Part shown: piece after piece, positions 9,284-19,293 of the stretch
How positions within the stretch are numbered: the first letter of the stretch is position 1
Layout: every line of letters begins with the position of its first letter
Origin: Patescibacteria group bacterium
Lineage (GTDB): Bacteria; Patescibacteriota; Minisyncoccia; Phycocordibacterales; PALSA-1337
Length of the DNA stretch: 64,000 nt
NCBI GenBank assembly: GCA_024654575.1
Contig: JANLHG010000005.1
Location: 65,260 to 129,259, forward strand
Reading direction: 5' to 3'
The notes under the pieces: generated by a model
Database searches by the model: none
The model's input: the letters and a program-made list of their open reading frames with translations, nothing else
What the model was told of the DNA's origin: nothing
Translations under genes and position numbers: made by a program

Positions 9284-9329
9284 GTGGTATAATAGACGTC
9301 TCCAAAACGTCGGTCGGGGGTTCGATTCC
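9259..9329 (+). tRNA. tRNA-Trp (anticodon CCA)
   Basis: gggcgat...atcgccc acceptor stem, anticodon loop ctCCAaa, gggggttcgattccctc T-arm; 5' 25 nt overlap the miaA stop region. Confidence 0.8.
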
Positions 9330-9330
9330 C

Positions 9331-10494
9331 TCATCGCCCGCCGTGAAATCTACTGGGGTCAGGCATGATTGATTTATAAAGTTCTATAAGTTTTTTCGCA
9401 ATAATATTACTTGAAAATTGTTTAGAGGTTTCCATAGCTCCAATAGACAAACTCTCACGAAGATTTTTATCTTTAAGTATCTGTCCTGCTTTTTCAATTG
9501 CTTCTGCTTGAGAAGTAACCAAAAAACCATTCTCACCATTTTTTATAATTTCTGGAGCGACACCAATTGGATACACGATAGGTACTAACCCTTGAGACAT
9601 TCCTTCTATCAAACTTAAAGAAAAACCTTCGTAACGTGATGGAATAAATAAAATACTTCCACGAAGTGGTCTAATCAACTCTGGTAGTTTATCCTTTCCA
9701 GTGTTAGAAAATACCGTACTATGAGAAATTTTTGTATGAAGCCATGTCGTCAGTTTTTGATTTTTCGTCATACAAAAAGTAATTTTTGGAACATTTGGAA
9801 AATGTTGATAAAAATTAATAAGACGATCTAACCCTTTAAGTTTTAAAGTAAAAGCATCCCCACCAAGACGTCCGAGAAAAACCAAACTTGGTTCTGGTGC
9901 GAAATCTTGCCCCGATGGTTCAAGCCAATAATCTTCTATAGCATTATGAATAAGCTGAATTTTTTCTTTTTTAACACCAGATGTAAGTAATTCAGTACGC
10001 ACATTTTCAGATGTAGCCACAACTGCAGTCGCACGAGATGCTACATATTCCTCTATATCAGCAATATCACGCATCGGTCTACGTGTTTTTATATTTAATT
10101 CACTTATAACACCATCTTTTTTTAATCTATACCAAATTTTTTTACATCCATTTTCTAATTTATTAGCCATCGGAGTTGAATTCAAAAATCCTCTTGTAGT
10201 AGAACCAAAATGACTAACTACAGGAACTGGATAGGCTAAAAAAGGTAAAGGTGTATAAGTAGTACCTTGAATAACATTGAATTTTAAAATTTCTCTTCGA
10301 CGTTCAAGTAATGAATAAAAAAATAAAATACTTTTGAGACCGCCTAAATGTACAGGTGTATCAACGAGAGATGTTTTTGGATAAAAATTTTTAATATCCA
10401 AACCAGAACCTTTTAACTTAAGAGACATCAAGTCGTTTATGTAATGTGCGCCTGTACCAAGTTTTTTTTCATTATGTATAAAGGCAATCTTCAT
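9331..10494 (-). CDS. Glycosyltransferase family 1 (GT4-like)
   Basis: C-terminal FIPSRYEGFSLSLIEGMSQGLVPIV...GENGFLV signature of GT-B family 1 glycosyltransferases. Confidence 0.7.
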   Translation of the reverse strand: MKIAFIHNEKKLGTGAHYINDLMSLKLKGSGLDIKNFYPKTSLVDTPVHLGGLKSILFFYSLLERRREILKFNVIQGTTYTPLPFLAYPVPVVSHFGSTTRGFLNSTPMANKLENGCKKIWYRLKKDGVISELNIKTRRPMRDIADIEEYVASRATAVVATSENVRTELLTSGVKKEKIQLIHNAIEDYWLEPSGQDFAPEPSLVFLGRLGGDAFTLKLKGLDRLINFYQHFPNVPKITFCMTKNQKLTTWLHTKISHSTVFSNTGKDKLPELIRPLRGSILFIPSRYEGFSLSLIEGMSQGLVPIVYPIGVAPEIIKNGENGFLVTSQAEAIEKAGQILKDKNLRESLSIGAMETSKQFSSNIIAKKLIELYKSIMPDPSRFHGGR

Positions 10495-10500
10495 TAATTG

Positions 10501-10659
10501 TTATTTTTTAGCTTCTTTATGAATAGTGTTTTTCTTACACCAATTACAAAACTTCTTTAGTTCAATTTTTCGTTCCACTTTTTTCTTATTTTTACTAGTC
10601 ATGTAATTCATCCTCTTACAATCCTTACAGACCATTTTTATGAGTCGTTCTTGAGACAT
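10501..10659 (-). CDS. rpmG: 50S ribosomal protein L33 (52 aa; missed by >=60-aa ORF track)
   Basis: Minus-strand ORF MSQERLIKMVCKDCKRMNYMTSKNKKKVERKIELKKFCNWCKKNTIHKEAKK*: CxxC...CxxC zinc ribbon and TSKNKK..ERIELKKF..KHTxHKE L33 consensus. Confidence 0.7.
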   Translation of the reverse strand: MSQERLIKMVCKDCKRMNYMTSKNKKKVERKIELKKFCNWCKKNTIHKEAKK

Positions 10660-10701
10660 ATTGTTTAAATTTAATGTTTTTTAACTATAACTTATATAAT
10701 C

Positions 10702-12027
10702 TTAAAACACAATACATTTCACAAATTTCTCTCCCCTATCAAATTCATTTTTAAACATGCCAAAAGAAGCAAAAGCGGGGCTCAATAAAATATTATCGCC
10801 AGATTGAGCCATATTTATAGATTTTTGTACTGCTTCTTCTAATGTTTTTACAAAAACCACTCTGGTATTTTGAAATGTCTTTAATTCATTTTTAATCCTA
10901 TTTGTTCCAGTTCCCGGAAGTACAAAAATTGCTTTACAATGTTTAGGAATAGTTTCAATCAAATTATTCATATTGAGATTTTTATCAGCTCCTCCCATTA
11001 TGAGAATAATATTTTTATCAAGCGCTTTAATTCCTGCAATCGTTGCTTCAGGAGTAGTAGCTGTAGTGTCATTATATATATTTACCCCATTAATAGAGTT
11101 TATGAGTTCAAGTCGTCCCGATACACCCACAAAATCTTCAACAACTTTTTTTATTATATTTTTTGGTACTTTAAGTATGTCAGCGACGCTAATAGCTAAC
11201 GCGATATTATATTTATTATGTTCTCCTAAAAGTTTCGATTTTATTTCAAGAAACGAAGTAATATCTGGAATAATTATTTTTGACTTGATTTTGTCTTTAT
11301 ATTTTTTCAAAACAATCTCAGAGGCTTGACTGCCAATAATTAAAAAATCTTCGGATTTTTGATTTATAAAAATGTTAGCTTTATCTGCAAGGTATATATC
11401 AAGATTATTTTTATAGTAATTTAAATGATCTGGGAAAAAAGTGGTAAACACTGAAATATGTGGACTTATCTTTATTTCACCAAATCCTTGTAATTGCCAT
11501 GAATCCAATTCCAAAACTGCAATATCTCTTTCTTGAGCTTCTTTAATAAATGGTAAAGTTGCCACTCCTTTAACATTACCTCCTAAAAAAATATTTTTAT
11601 CTGGAAATGCTGTTTTTAAAATTTCATAAAGAAGATGTGTCACTGTAGATTTACCACGAGTACCTGTAATACCAACAATCATTGCTGGAGTCAGTCTAGC
11701 AAAAAGAGAGGTACTCATTTCTATAGGTATATTGTTTTTTCTAGCTTCTTCAATATACATTGAATCCATAGGCACTCCAGCTGATTTAATTATCATATCT
11801 CTATTCTTAAAGTCTTCTAAGCGGTGTTCACCTAATGTAAACTTTATATTTTTATAAGACGACAAAAGAATCAAGCTTTCAACTAGTTGTTCTTCAGTTT
11901 TTAAGTCAGTGACAATTAAATCAGCTCCACATTCTGCTAAAAATTTAACGTCATTAATCCCTCGCCCAAGAAGTCCTAAACCCATCACTGTAATTTTTTT
12001 GTTTTTAAAAAGATTTTGTATAGTCAT
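10702..12027 (-). CDS. murD: UDP-N-acetylmuramoylalanine--D-glutamate ligase
   Basis: N-terminal ITVMGLGLLGRG Rossmann motif; GITGTRGKSTVTHL P-loop; Mur ligase middle and C domains. Confidence 0.85.
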   Translation of the reverse strand: MTIQNLFKNKKITVMGLGLLGRGINDVKFLAECGADLIVTDLKTEEQLVESLILLSSYKNIKFTLGEHRLEDFKNRDMIIKSAGVPMDSMYIEEARKNNIPIEMSTSLFARLTPAMIVGITGTRGKSTVTHLLYEILKTAFPDKNIFLGGNVKGVATLPFIKEAQERDIAVLELDSWQLQGFGEIKISPHISVFTTFFPDHLNYYKNNLDIYLADKANIFINQKSEDFLIIGSQASEIVLKKYKDKIKSKIIIPDITSFLEIKSKLLGEHNKYNIALAISVADILKVPKNIIKKVVEDFVGVSGRLELINSINGVNIYNDTTATTPEATIAGIKALDKNIILIMGGADKNLNMNNLIETIPKHCKAIFVLPGTGTNRIKNELKTFQNTRVVFVKTLEEAVQKSINMAQSGDNILLSPAFASFGMFKNEFDRGEKFVKCIVF

Positions 12028-12856
12028 TGAATAGTTTCATCATTTTTTTAGTACCAACACCAACTGAACTAGAGCCGATTTTTTTATTATCAATACTAAT
12101 AATAGGCACAATATCTTTAAAACTGCCAGTAATAAAAATCTCATCAGCATTTGTGACTTCTTTCACACTCACCAATCTTTCCTCAATTTTGAAATGTTTT
12201 TGAGCCAACTCAAGTATAACTTTTCGTGTAATACCTTGAAAAATACTTTCTTTGGATGTTATAAGTTTATCACTTTTAAACATAAAAAAATTACTCATTG
12301 AAGCTTCAAGAACCTTATCTTTAGAAGTAAAAAGTACTTCAATAGCGTTATGTTTTTCTCGATAATCCTGAAGAGAAATAGCTCTAATGTAATTAATGGT
12401 TTTAATTTCTGGCAATAATCTTTGGTGCTCAAAAGTAACAAGTGATGCTCCTTCTGTATATATTTTTTTAGGAAGAGATTTCCATTCTTCAGCGAGAATA
12501 TAAAATGTTGGCTTTTCTTTATGATAACAAACACCTTTTTCTGTTTTACCACCAGTCAAAATAAGTCTAAAATTAGTACGTTTAAAATTATGTTTTTTAA
12601 TAAGTTCTTCTAAAACTTCAGCAATTTTTTTTCTAGAATAAGGAATTTTTAAATTAAGTGTTTTTGCAGATTTTTCAAATTGATCAAAATGGTCATCTAA
12701 TCTAAATGGTTTGCTATTTGCAGTTGTAATTCCTGCATAAATACCATAACCACGCAAAAGGCCGATATCTTCAATTGATACTTTGGCCTCTTCTGTAGGC
12801 ATAATTACATTATTTAAAAAACAATATCGCATTTGTCTTATACTATATGATATCAT
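12005..12856 (-). CDS. Class IV (D-amino-acid/branched-chain) aminotransferase; likely D-amino acid transaminase
   Basis: Fold-type IV PLP enzyme pattern (RGYGIYAGI, ILTGGKTE, catalytic K region). Probable true start at MPTEE (12799). Context between murD and alr suggests a D-Ala to D-Glu transaminase. Confidence 0.65.
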   Translation of the reverse strand: MISYSIRQMRYCFLNNVIMPTEEAKVSIEDIGLLRGYGIYAGITTANSKPFRLDDHFDQFEKSAKTLNLKIPYSRKKIAEVLEELIKKHNFKRTNFRLILTGGKTEKGVCYHKEKPTFYILAEEWKSLPKKIYTEGASLVTFEHQRLLPEIKTINYIRAISLQDYREKHNAIEVLFTSKDKVLEASMSNFFMFKSDKLITSKESIFQGITRKVILELAQKHFKIEERLVSVKEVTNADEIFITGSFKDIVPIISIDNKKIGSSSVGVGTKKMMKLFNDYTKSF

Positions 12857-12862
12857 TACATT

Positions 12863-13999
12863 ATGGTCAAAAGACTCATACGCTATTTACGAGCATTACA
12901 ATTTCACTACACTCCACTTGTAGAAATTACTATTTCCAAAGGACGAATGCTTCATAACTTACATACTTTTCAAAAAATAAATTCTGAAGTAAAAATTGCT
13001 CCGGTACTAAAAAGTAATGCTTACGGTCATGACCTAAAAATTATTGCCAAAATAATAGATAGAGAAAATATCCCTTTTATTGTTGTTGACTCCTATCATG
13101 AAGCTATGATTCTCCGTAATGAAAGAATACAATCGTCAATTCTGATTATTGGCTACACAGCGATTGAAAACATTATTTATAATAAACTTCCTAACACCAC
13201 TTTTGTTATTACGGGATTTGAACAGTTACAAGAAATAGTGGCGTTAGTCACGAAACCCACTCATTTTCATATAAAAATTGATACCGGAATGCATAGACAA
13301 GGAATAATCTCTAATCAAATTAGTGAAGCACACGAACTAATAAATACAAATAAAAATATTATTATTGATGGGGTTTGTTCTCATTTTGCAGACGCAGACG
13401 GTAAAGATCTAGACTTCACTAAAATTCAGATTAATGAATGGAATAAATTAGTAAAACAAGTTATACAGGAATTTCCAATGATAAAATATCGACATATTTC
13501 AGCAACCAGCGGTGCTTTATATATAAATGAAATAGATGCAAATGTTTTGCGACTTGGTATTGGACTTTATGGTGTGGATCCAAATGGTAAATTAGACCTT
13601 AAGCCAGTTTTAGAAATGAAATCAATAATAAGTGGAACAAAGATAATAGAAAAAGATCAAAAAATAGGTTACAACTGCACATATGAAGCTAAAGAAAAAA
13701 TGAAAATTGCTATTATTCCCGCTGGATATTATGAAGGAATTGATAGACGACTTTCTAATAAAGGTTTTTTAAAAATAGATAATATATTTTGTCCCATTGT
13801 AGGAAATATCAGTATGAATATAACCGCAATTGATATTACCAATGTTCCTAATGCAAAATTCAAAACACCTGTTACCATCATCAGTTCAAACCCTGGAGAT
13901 AAAAATTCAATTGAAAATATTGCTAGAATAAACAGTGCAATCCCCTATGACATTATGGCTCACATTCCACAACAATTGCGACGAAAAGTCACTACATAG
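12863..13999 (+). CDS. alr: Alanine racemase
   Basis: KIAPVLKSNAYGHDL PLP-lysine motif (AVxKAnAYGHG consensus); two-domain length of 378 aa. Confidence 0.85.
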   Translation: MVKRLIRYLRALQFHYTPLVEITISKGRMLHNLHTFQKINSEVKIAPVLKSNAYGHDLKIIAKIIDRENIPFIVVDSYHEAMILRNERIQSSILIIGYTAIENIIYNKLPNTTFVITGFEQLQEIVALVTKPTHFHIKIDTGMHRQGIISNQISEAHELINTNKNIIIDGVCSHFADADGKDLDFTKIQINEWNKLVKQVIQEFPMIKYRHISATSGALYINEIDANVLRLGIGLYGVDPNGKLDLKPVLEMKSIISGTKIIEKDQKIGYNCTYEAKEKMKIAIIPAGYYEGIDRRLSNKGFLKIDNIFCPIVGNISMNITAIDITNVPNAKFKTPVTIISSNPGDKNSIENIARINSAIPYDIMAHIPQQLRRKVTT

Positions 14000-14018
14000 G
14001 AAACTCCTATGTAGTGAC
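13988..14018. terminator. Perfect 13-bp hairpin overlapping alr stop; bidirectional terminator between alr and tRNA-Tyr
   Basis: gtcactacatagg-aaact-cctatgtagtgac. Confidence 0.5.
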
Positions 14019-14024
14019 TAATTG

Positions 14025-14106
14025 TGCGCCGGGTTGGACTCGAACCAACGATGCCCGAAGGCCGGAGATTTACAGTCTCCTGGAATAGCCGCTATCCGAC
14101 CGGCGC
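14025..14106 (-). tRNA. tRNA-Tyr (anticodon GTA), long variable arm
   Basis: Reverse complement gcgccgg...ggagactGTAaatctcc...long extra arm...ggttcgagtcc...ccggcgc-a. Confidence 0.85.
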
Positions 14107-14143
14107 ATAACATATAGAATATCATAAAAAACTCAAAAATCCA

Positions 14144-16840
14144 CTAGACAGAAGTTACTTCCAATTCCCTCTTCTCAAAAAAAGTTCCATTTCTTCTACC
14201 TTTTTTTATGTCAAAAGCAAATTCACCATTTTTTATGTAGATACTTATAACCCCACCTTTCAAAACATTTTGAGAAATAATCATATTAGCTACAGGTGTA
14301 AGAATTTTATTTTGAATAATTCTTTTTAGTGGTCGTGCACCGTATTGCGGATTATATCCCTCTTTAGTTAAATAAGATAAAACTTCTTCTGAAATTTCGA
14401 GAGTAATTTCTTTCACTTTCAGACGTTCTTTTACGAGCTCAACTTGAATTTTAACAATATCTTCAATAGCTTTAGAAGAAAGCACATCAAAAACAATAAT
14501 ATCATCTAGACGATTCAAAAACTCCGGACGAAAATGGTCTTTAAGATTACTCAAAACTTTATCTTTCATTCCAACATAATCATCCACTTTTGTAGCGTCG
14601 GAGGTAGTAAAACCAATTTTCTGCATTCGTTCAATGTATTGAGCACCGACATTTGAGGTCATTATTATGACAGTATTCTTAAAATTAACTGTTCGTCCTT
14701 TTGAATCAGTCAATCGCCCATTATCAAGAACTTGAAGAAGAACATTAAAAACTTCCGGATGAGCTTTTTCAATTTCATCAAAAAGAATTACCGCATAAGG
14801 TCTGCGTCTGATTATTTCAGTTAATCCTCCACCCTCATCATGACCAACATATCCTGGTGGTGCACCGATAAGTTTTGAAACGGAATGTTTTTCCATATAT
14901 TCCGACATATCAACACGAACAAGAGCTTTTTCATCATCAAACATAAATTCTGCCAAAGCTTTCGTAAGTTCAGTTTTTCCAACTCCTGTTGGACCTAAAA
15001 ATATAAACGAACCAATAGGTCGATTAGGATCAGATATTCCCGCTCTAGACCTTTTAACCGTATCAGCTATTTTTCTGACGGCTTCATCCTGTCCAATAAT
15101 CCGTTTTTTGATTTCCTTGTCCATACGATTTAGTTTTTGTGCTTCCTCTTCAAGCATTCTAGACACAGGAATGCCAGTCCATCTAGCTACGACTTCCGCA
15201 ATATCCTGCTCTGTAATTTCTTCTTTCAAAATTCGTCTTGATGATTGAAGTTTTTTCAATCTCTTTGATTTATTATCAAGTTCTTTTTCTAAAGTCGGGA
15301 TTTTTCCATATCTTATCTCTGCTGCTTTACCTAAATCAGCCCGTGATTCAGCACCTTCAGCTTCTAGTCGCAAAGTTTCTAAATCTTTTTTATCTTTTTT
15401 GATACCCATCAACATTTCCTTTTCATTTTTCCACTTCAATTCAAGTTCACTAGTTTTTTCTTTCAAATCACCGATTTCTTGCTCAATTTTTTTAATTCGC
15501 GCTTTAGCATTTTTGTTTGCCTGCGTAGGCAGGGTTGTCTCTTTTTTGAGAGCTTCTTTTTCAATTTCCAAACGCATAACTTTTCTACGAGTTTCTTCTA
15601 GAATAGGAGGCATATTTTCTAAAGATATTTTTAAACCAGATGCTGCTTCATCTATTAAATCCACGACTTTATCTGGTAAAAATCTATCCGTGATATATCT
15701 TGATGCCAAATTGACAGCAGAAATAATAGCATCATCAGTAATTCTCACTCCGTGAAAAAGTTCATATTTTTCTTTAAGTCCACGAAGAATAGCGATAGCA
15801 TCAGTATCTGTTGGTTCATTAACATAAACAGGTTGAAAACGACGAGTTAATGCTGGATCTTTTTCAATATGTTTTTGATACTCACGAAGTGTTGTAGCTC
15901 CGATAGCTCTTAATTCACCTTTGGATAAAGCTGGTTTCAACATATTTGAAGCATCCATAGAACCTTCTGCAGCACCTGCTCCAACAATAGTATGAATTTC
16001 ATCTATAAAAAGAATAACTTTTCCTTCAGAACGTTCCACTTCTTTTAAAATATTTTTTAATCTTTCTTCAAATTCTCCACGATACTTTGTACCAGCAATT
16101 AAAGAACCTAGATCAAGTGAAATAAGTTCTTTATCACGAAGTGATTCTGGTACATCACCCATAGCAACACGAATAGCCAAACCTTCCACAATAGCTGTTT
16201 TACCGACACCAGCTTCACCTATTAAAATAGGATTATTTTTTGTACGACGAGAAAGAATTTGAATAATTCTAGAAATTTCATTATCTCTACCAATGACTGG
16301 ATCAAGTTTATTTTCTCTCGCTAATTTTGTTAAACTTCTAGCGTATTTTGCTAGTGCTCTAAATTTTTTTGGCTGACCAACATCCGTAACTTTAGTATTT
16401 TTTAATTCTTGCACAACATTCAACACAGCTGTTCTTTCTATTCTAAAACGATTAAGAATTTCTCTTGCTGAGCTCGGAATATCAAACATAGCTAAAAATA
16501 AATGTTCAGTAGAAATGAATTCATCTTTAAGGGCTAGAGCAACTTTTGCTCCACCTTCAATAACTTGAGCTAAATCTGGAGTTAAATAAATTTGATATGA
16601 CGGTGAAAGAGTATTACCTCCTTCCGGAGCATCTAAACTTTCAATGAGTGAATCAGTCAAAAGCATTGTATCTACTTCTAATCGGTCCAAAATTGACGCC
16701 ACCATACTCTCCTCTTGAAGAATGAGAGCTGTGAGTAAATGAATGGGATTAACATGATTTTGACCACGTTCTATCGCCAGCTCATGAGCTTTTCGTACGG
16801 CCTCTTTTGCTTTTGTAGTAAAATGGCTAAATGGTGGCAT
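14144..16840 (-). CDS. clpB: ATP-dependent chaperone ClpB (two AAA+ modules + middle coiled-coil)
   Basis: 898 aa; N-domain repeats, Walker A GEAGVGKT and GPTGVGKT, long M-domain coiled coil between NBD1 and NBD2. Confidence 0.9.
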   Translation of the reverse strand: MPPFSHFTTKAKEAVRKAHELAIERGQNHVNPIHLLTALILQEESMVASILDRLEVDTMLLTDSLIESLDAPEGGNTLSPSYQIYLTPDLAQVIEGGAKVALALKDEFISTEHLFLAMFDIPSSAREILNRFRIERTAVLNVVQELKNTKVTDVGQPKKFRALAKYARSLTKLARENKLDPVIGRDNEISRIIQILSRRTKNNPILIGEAGVGKTAIVEGLAIRVAMGDVPESLRDKELISLDLGSLIAGTKYRGEFEERLKNILKEVERSEGKVILFIDEIHTIVGAGAAEGSMDASNMLKPALSKGELRAIGATTLREYQKHIEKDPALTRRFQPVYVNEPTDTDAIAILRGLKEKYELFHGVRITDDAIISAVNLASRYITDRFLPDKVVDLIDEAASGLKISLENMPPILEETRRKVMRLEIEKEALKKETTLPTQANKNAKARIKKIEQEIGDLKEKTSELELKWKNEKEMLMGIKKDKKDLETLRLEAEGAESRADLGKAAEIRYGKIPTLEKELDNKSKRLKKLQSSRRILKEEITEQDIAEVVARWTGIPVSRMLEEEAQKLNRMDKEIKKRIIGQDEAVRKIADTVKRSRAGISDPNRPIGSFIFLGPTGVGKTELTKALAEFMFDDEKALVRVDMSEYMEKHSVSKLIGAPPGYVGHDEGGGLTEIIRRRPYAVILFDEIEKAHPEVFNVLLQVLDNGRLTDSKGRTVNFKNTVIIMTSNVGAQYIERMQKIGFTTSDATKVDDYVGMKDKVLSNLKDHFRPEFLNRLDDIIVFDVLSSKAIEDIVKIQVELVKERLKVKEITLEISEEVLSYLTKEGYNPQYGARPLKRIIQNKILTPVANMIISQNVLKGGVISIYIKNGEFAFDIKKGRRNGTFFEKRELEVTSV

Positions 16841-16856
16841 ATTTAATTAAATTGTA

Positions 16857-17675
16857 CTACTTATTTATACTATCTGTCAATAAATTTGCAATAATAGCTG
16901 AAGGGAGATAGAAACTTTTGATTTCATTATCTGAATTAAGTTTTGTAATTTTTAATCCAACAACTTCACCAGAAAGATTAATGAGTGGGCTTCCATTTAA
17001 AGAAGAACGACTATCAATATCTGTTTTGATTGCTGACGCAGTTTTATCAGTAGTTGTCGCATTATCATCTCCGATTACTTCAGAAACAATACCCATAGCG
17101 ACATTCATAGTTATTTTACCACCTAGTGAAAGTACACTTTGACCAAGATGTGCTGGAATTTTAGAAAGAATAACAGGAACAAACGGTCCTGTTGACGTAA
17201 TACTAAATAGAGCAAGACCTTCATCAGAAGTTTTTTGTAATTGAAGCGGATAATTTTTTCCTCCAGAAACAAGAGCTACATAATTTCCTTGAGCTGACAC
17301 AACATCTTTATCTGCAATAATTTTTCCATCTTTAGTAACAAAAACACCGAGACCTAAAAAACTATCAGGTGTAGTAGAAGAAGTGGTTGAATTTGTGGAA
17401 TAGATACGAACCACACTATCAGAGTTTTTATTTATGGCCTCAATGGCTTGGTCCTCCGAACGTACAACAATTGTTTCTTTTGTAACTACAGCGGCACTTT
17501 GTGTATTAGGTACTACCTTTTCAATAGTCCTTTCAACTACTCGATTGACTACCTGAGGTACACTTGGGGTACTCTGATCCACAAGAGAAACTGTCACAAT
17601 CCCAGTAGTAATAGAAGTGACAAAAGCCACCAATAAAGCTACGAGTACGATTTGATGTTTAGTAAGATGTTCCAT
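16857..17675 (-). CDS. Membrane-anchored HtrA/trypsin-fold protein with substituted catalytic His and Ser (putative pseudo-protease)
   Basis: Aligns to DegP S1C core, but TNNHVV -> ADKDVV and GNSGG -> LNGSP; the Asp motif DEGLALFSI is retained; no PDZ domain. Confidence 0.45.
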   Translation of the reverse strand: MEHLTKHQIVLVALLVAFVTSITTGIVTVSLVDQSTPSVPQVVNRVVERTIEKVVPNTQSAAVVTKETIVVRSEDQAIEAINKNSDSVVRIYSTNSTTSSTTPDSFLGLGVFVTKDGKIIADKDVVSAQGNYVALVSGGKNYPLQLQKTSDEGLALFSITSTGPFVPVILSKIPAHLGQSVLSLGGKITMNVAMGIVSEVIGDDNATTTDKTASAIKTDIDSRSSLNGSPLINLSGEVVGLKITKLNSDNEIKSFYLPSAIIANLLTDSINK

Positions 17676-17693
17676 AATTAATTTTAATATCTA

Positions 17694-18773
17694 TTATACA
17701 TGCTTTTTAACCACTTTGACAAGTTTGTCAATGTTTTTCTTAGTTGTGTCTCTACCTAAAGTAATCCTAATCGCATTTTTAGGATTACTATTCCCTATCG
17801 CTTTCAAAACGTAAGATTCGTTTTCATCCTTCAAACAAGAGCTTTTTGTGGAAACTGCAATACCTTCAGCATCAAGTTGTAAAGTTAAAAATTCTGTATC
17901 AATATTAGAAATAGAAATATTGATATTATTAGCTATTCTTTTTTTTCTGTCTCCATTTAACTTTGCTCCACATTCTTTTTCTAATTTTTGAATACAATAA
18001 TCTCGCAATTCGCAAAGTCGTGTTACTTCTTTTTGTTGTTCATTTTTTGCTAATTCAACAGCTTTTACAAAACCTTTTACTGCTGGCAGATTTTCTGTAC
18101 CCAATTTCAATTCTTTTTCCATTATCGTTCTTCTTTTTATGTAAAGCGCTCCAATTCCTTTTGGACCATAAACTTTATGACCGTCCATAGAAAGCATATC
18201 TACACCTAATTTATCTATATTAATATCTAAATATAGTAATGCTTGAGAAGCATCAGTGTGAAATAAAATTGATAAACCACTTTTACGAATTATGTGTGCG
18301 ATTTCTGAAATTGGCTGTATTGTTCCGATTTCATTATTGACAAGCATTATAGATATCAAGACAGTTTCTTTTTTAAGACTATCTTTTAATTCTTTCAAAT
18401 CAATAATTCCGTTTTCATCAACATTTACATACGTAACGCTTAATCCTCTTTTTTCTAATTCTTTAAATACTCTAAGAACTGACGAATGTTCTATAGTTGA
18501 AGTGATAGCGTGCTTTCCTTCCAATTTCATACCTAAAATAGCTAAATTATTAGCTTCTGTTCCATTACTCGTAAAAATTATCTCATCGGAATGAGCGTTA
18601 ATGGAAAAAGCCAAAGATTTTTTTGCTTCTTCTAGAGCTTTTTTAGCATTTACCCCTTCAGTATGAATTGATGAAGGATTTCCATATTCATATCCATAAT
18701 ACTTTACCATTTCCTTCAAAACTTCCTTTCTGGTGGGAGTAATGGATGCATTGTCTAAATATATCCTTTTCAT
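17694..18773 (-). CDS. Cysteine desulfurase (class V aminotransferase; IscS/NifS-like)
   Basis: YLDNASITP...; SMDGHKVYGPKGIGALYIKR PLP-lysine region; catalytic-Cys loop SSCL near C-term. Confidence 0.85.
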   Translation of the reverse strand: MKRIYLDNASITPTRKEVLKEMVKYYGYEYGNPSSIHTEGVNAKKALEEAKKSLAFSINAHSDEIIFTSNGTEANNLAILGMKLEGKHAITSTIEHSSVLRVFKELEKRGLSVTYVNVDENGIIDLKELKDSLKKETVLISIMLVNNEIGTIQPISEIAHIIRKSGLSILFHTDASQALLYLDINIDKLGVDMLSMDGHKVYGPKGIGALYIKRRTIMEKELKLGTENLPAVKGFVKAVELAKNEQQKEVTRLCELRDYCIQKLEKECGAKLNGDRKKRIANNINISISNIDTEFLTLQLDAEGIAVSTKSSCLKDENESYVLKAIGNSNPKNAIRITLGRDTTKKNIDKLVKVVKKHV

Positions 18774-18802
18774 TACTTATTATGATATACTATTTATTTA
18801 TA

Positions 18803-19290
18803 TGATGCATCTTATAGACACAATCACTAATCATGTGGGGATAATCCTCATATCCCTCATCATCCTGTTGATAACACTAGCTTTTTGGTTAATTTATCTA
18901 CAACTTAAAATAAATAAACTTCTACTTGGAACTGGCTCAAAAAACATAGGAGACTCCTTGGTACACATAGATAATAATTTAAAAGATGTAGCTAAGTTTA
19001 GAATTGAATTAGAAGAATATCTACGAACAGTAGAAAAAAGAGTGCGGAAAAGTACACAAGGTATTCATACTGTTCGTTTTAATCCATTCAAAGGTACAGG
19101 TGACGGAAGTAATCAAAGTTTTGCAACAGCTTTGATAAATCAAGAAGGAAATGGAGTTGTCTTTTCTAGTATTTATTCTAGAGACAGAGTAAGTGTCTTT
19201 TCTAAACCATTGATTGCTCATAAATCTGAATTTGAACTTTCTAAAGAAGAATTAGACGCTATTTCAGAAGCTGTAAAAAAATTACAATAA
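18803..19290 (+). CDS. DUF4446-like membrane protein
   Basis: N-terminal TM then RFNPFKGTGDGSNQSFATALINQEGNGVVFSSIYSRDRVSVFSKP pattern typical of DUF4446. ORF track starts at 18733, but that overlaps the divergent desulfurase start; ATG at 18803 is more likely. Confidence 0.45.
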
Positions 19291-19293
19291 ACT

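Noticed and set aside
15399-15755. 118-aa plus-strand ORF
   Set aside because: Antisense shadow ORF inside clpB.
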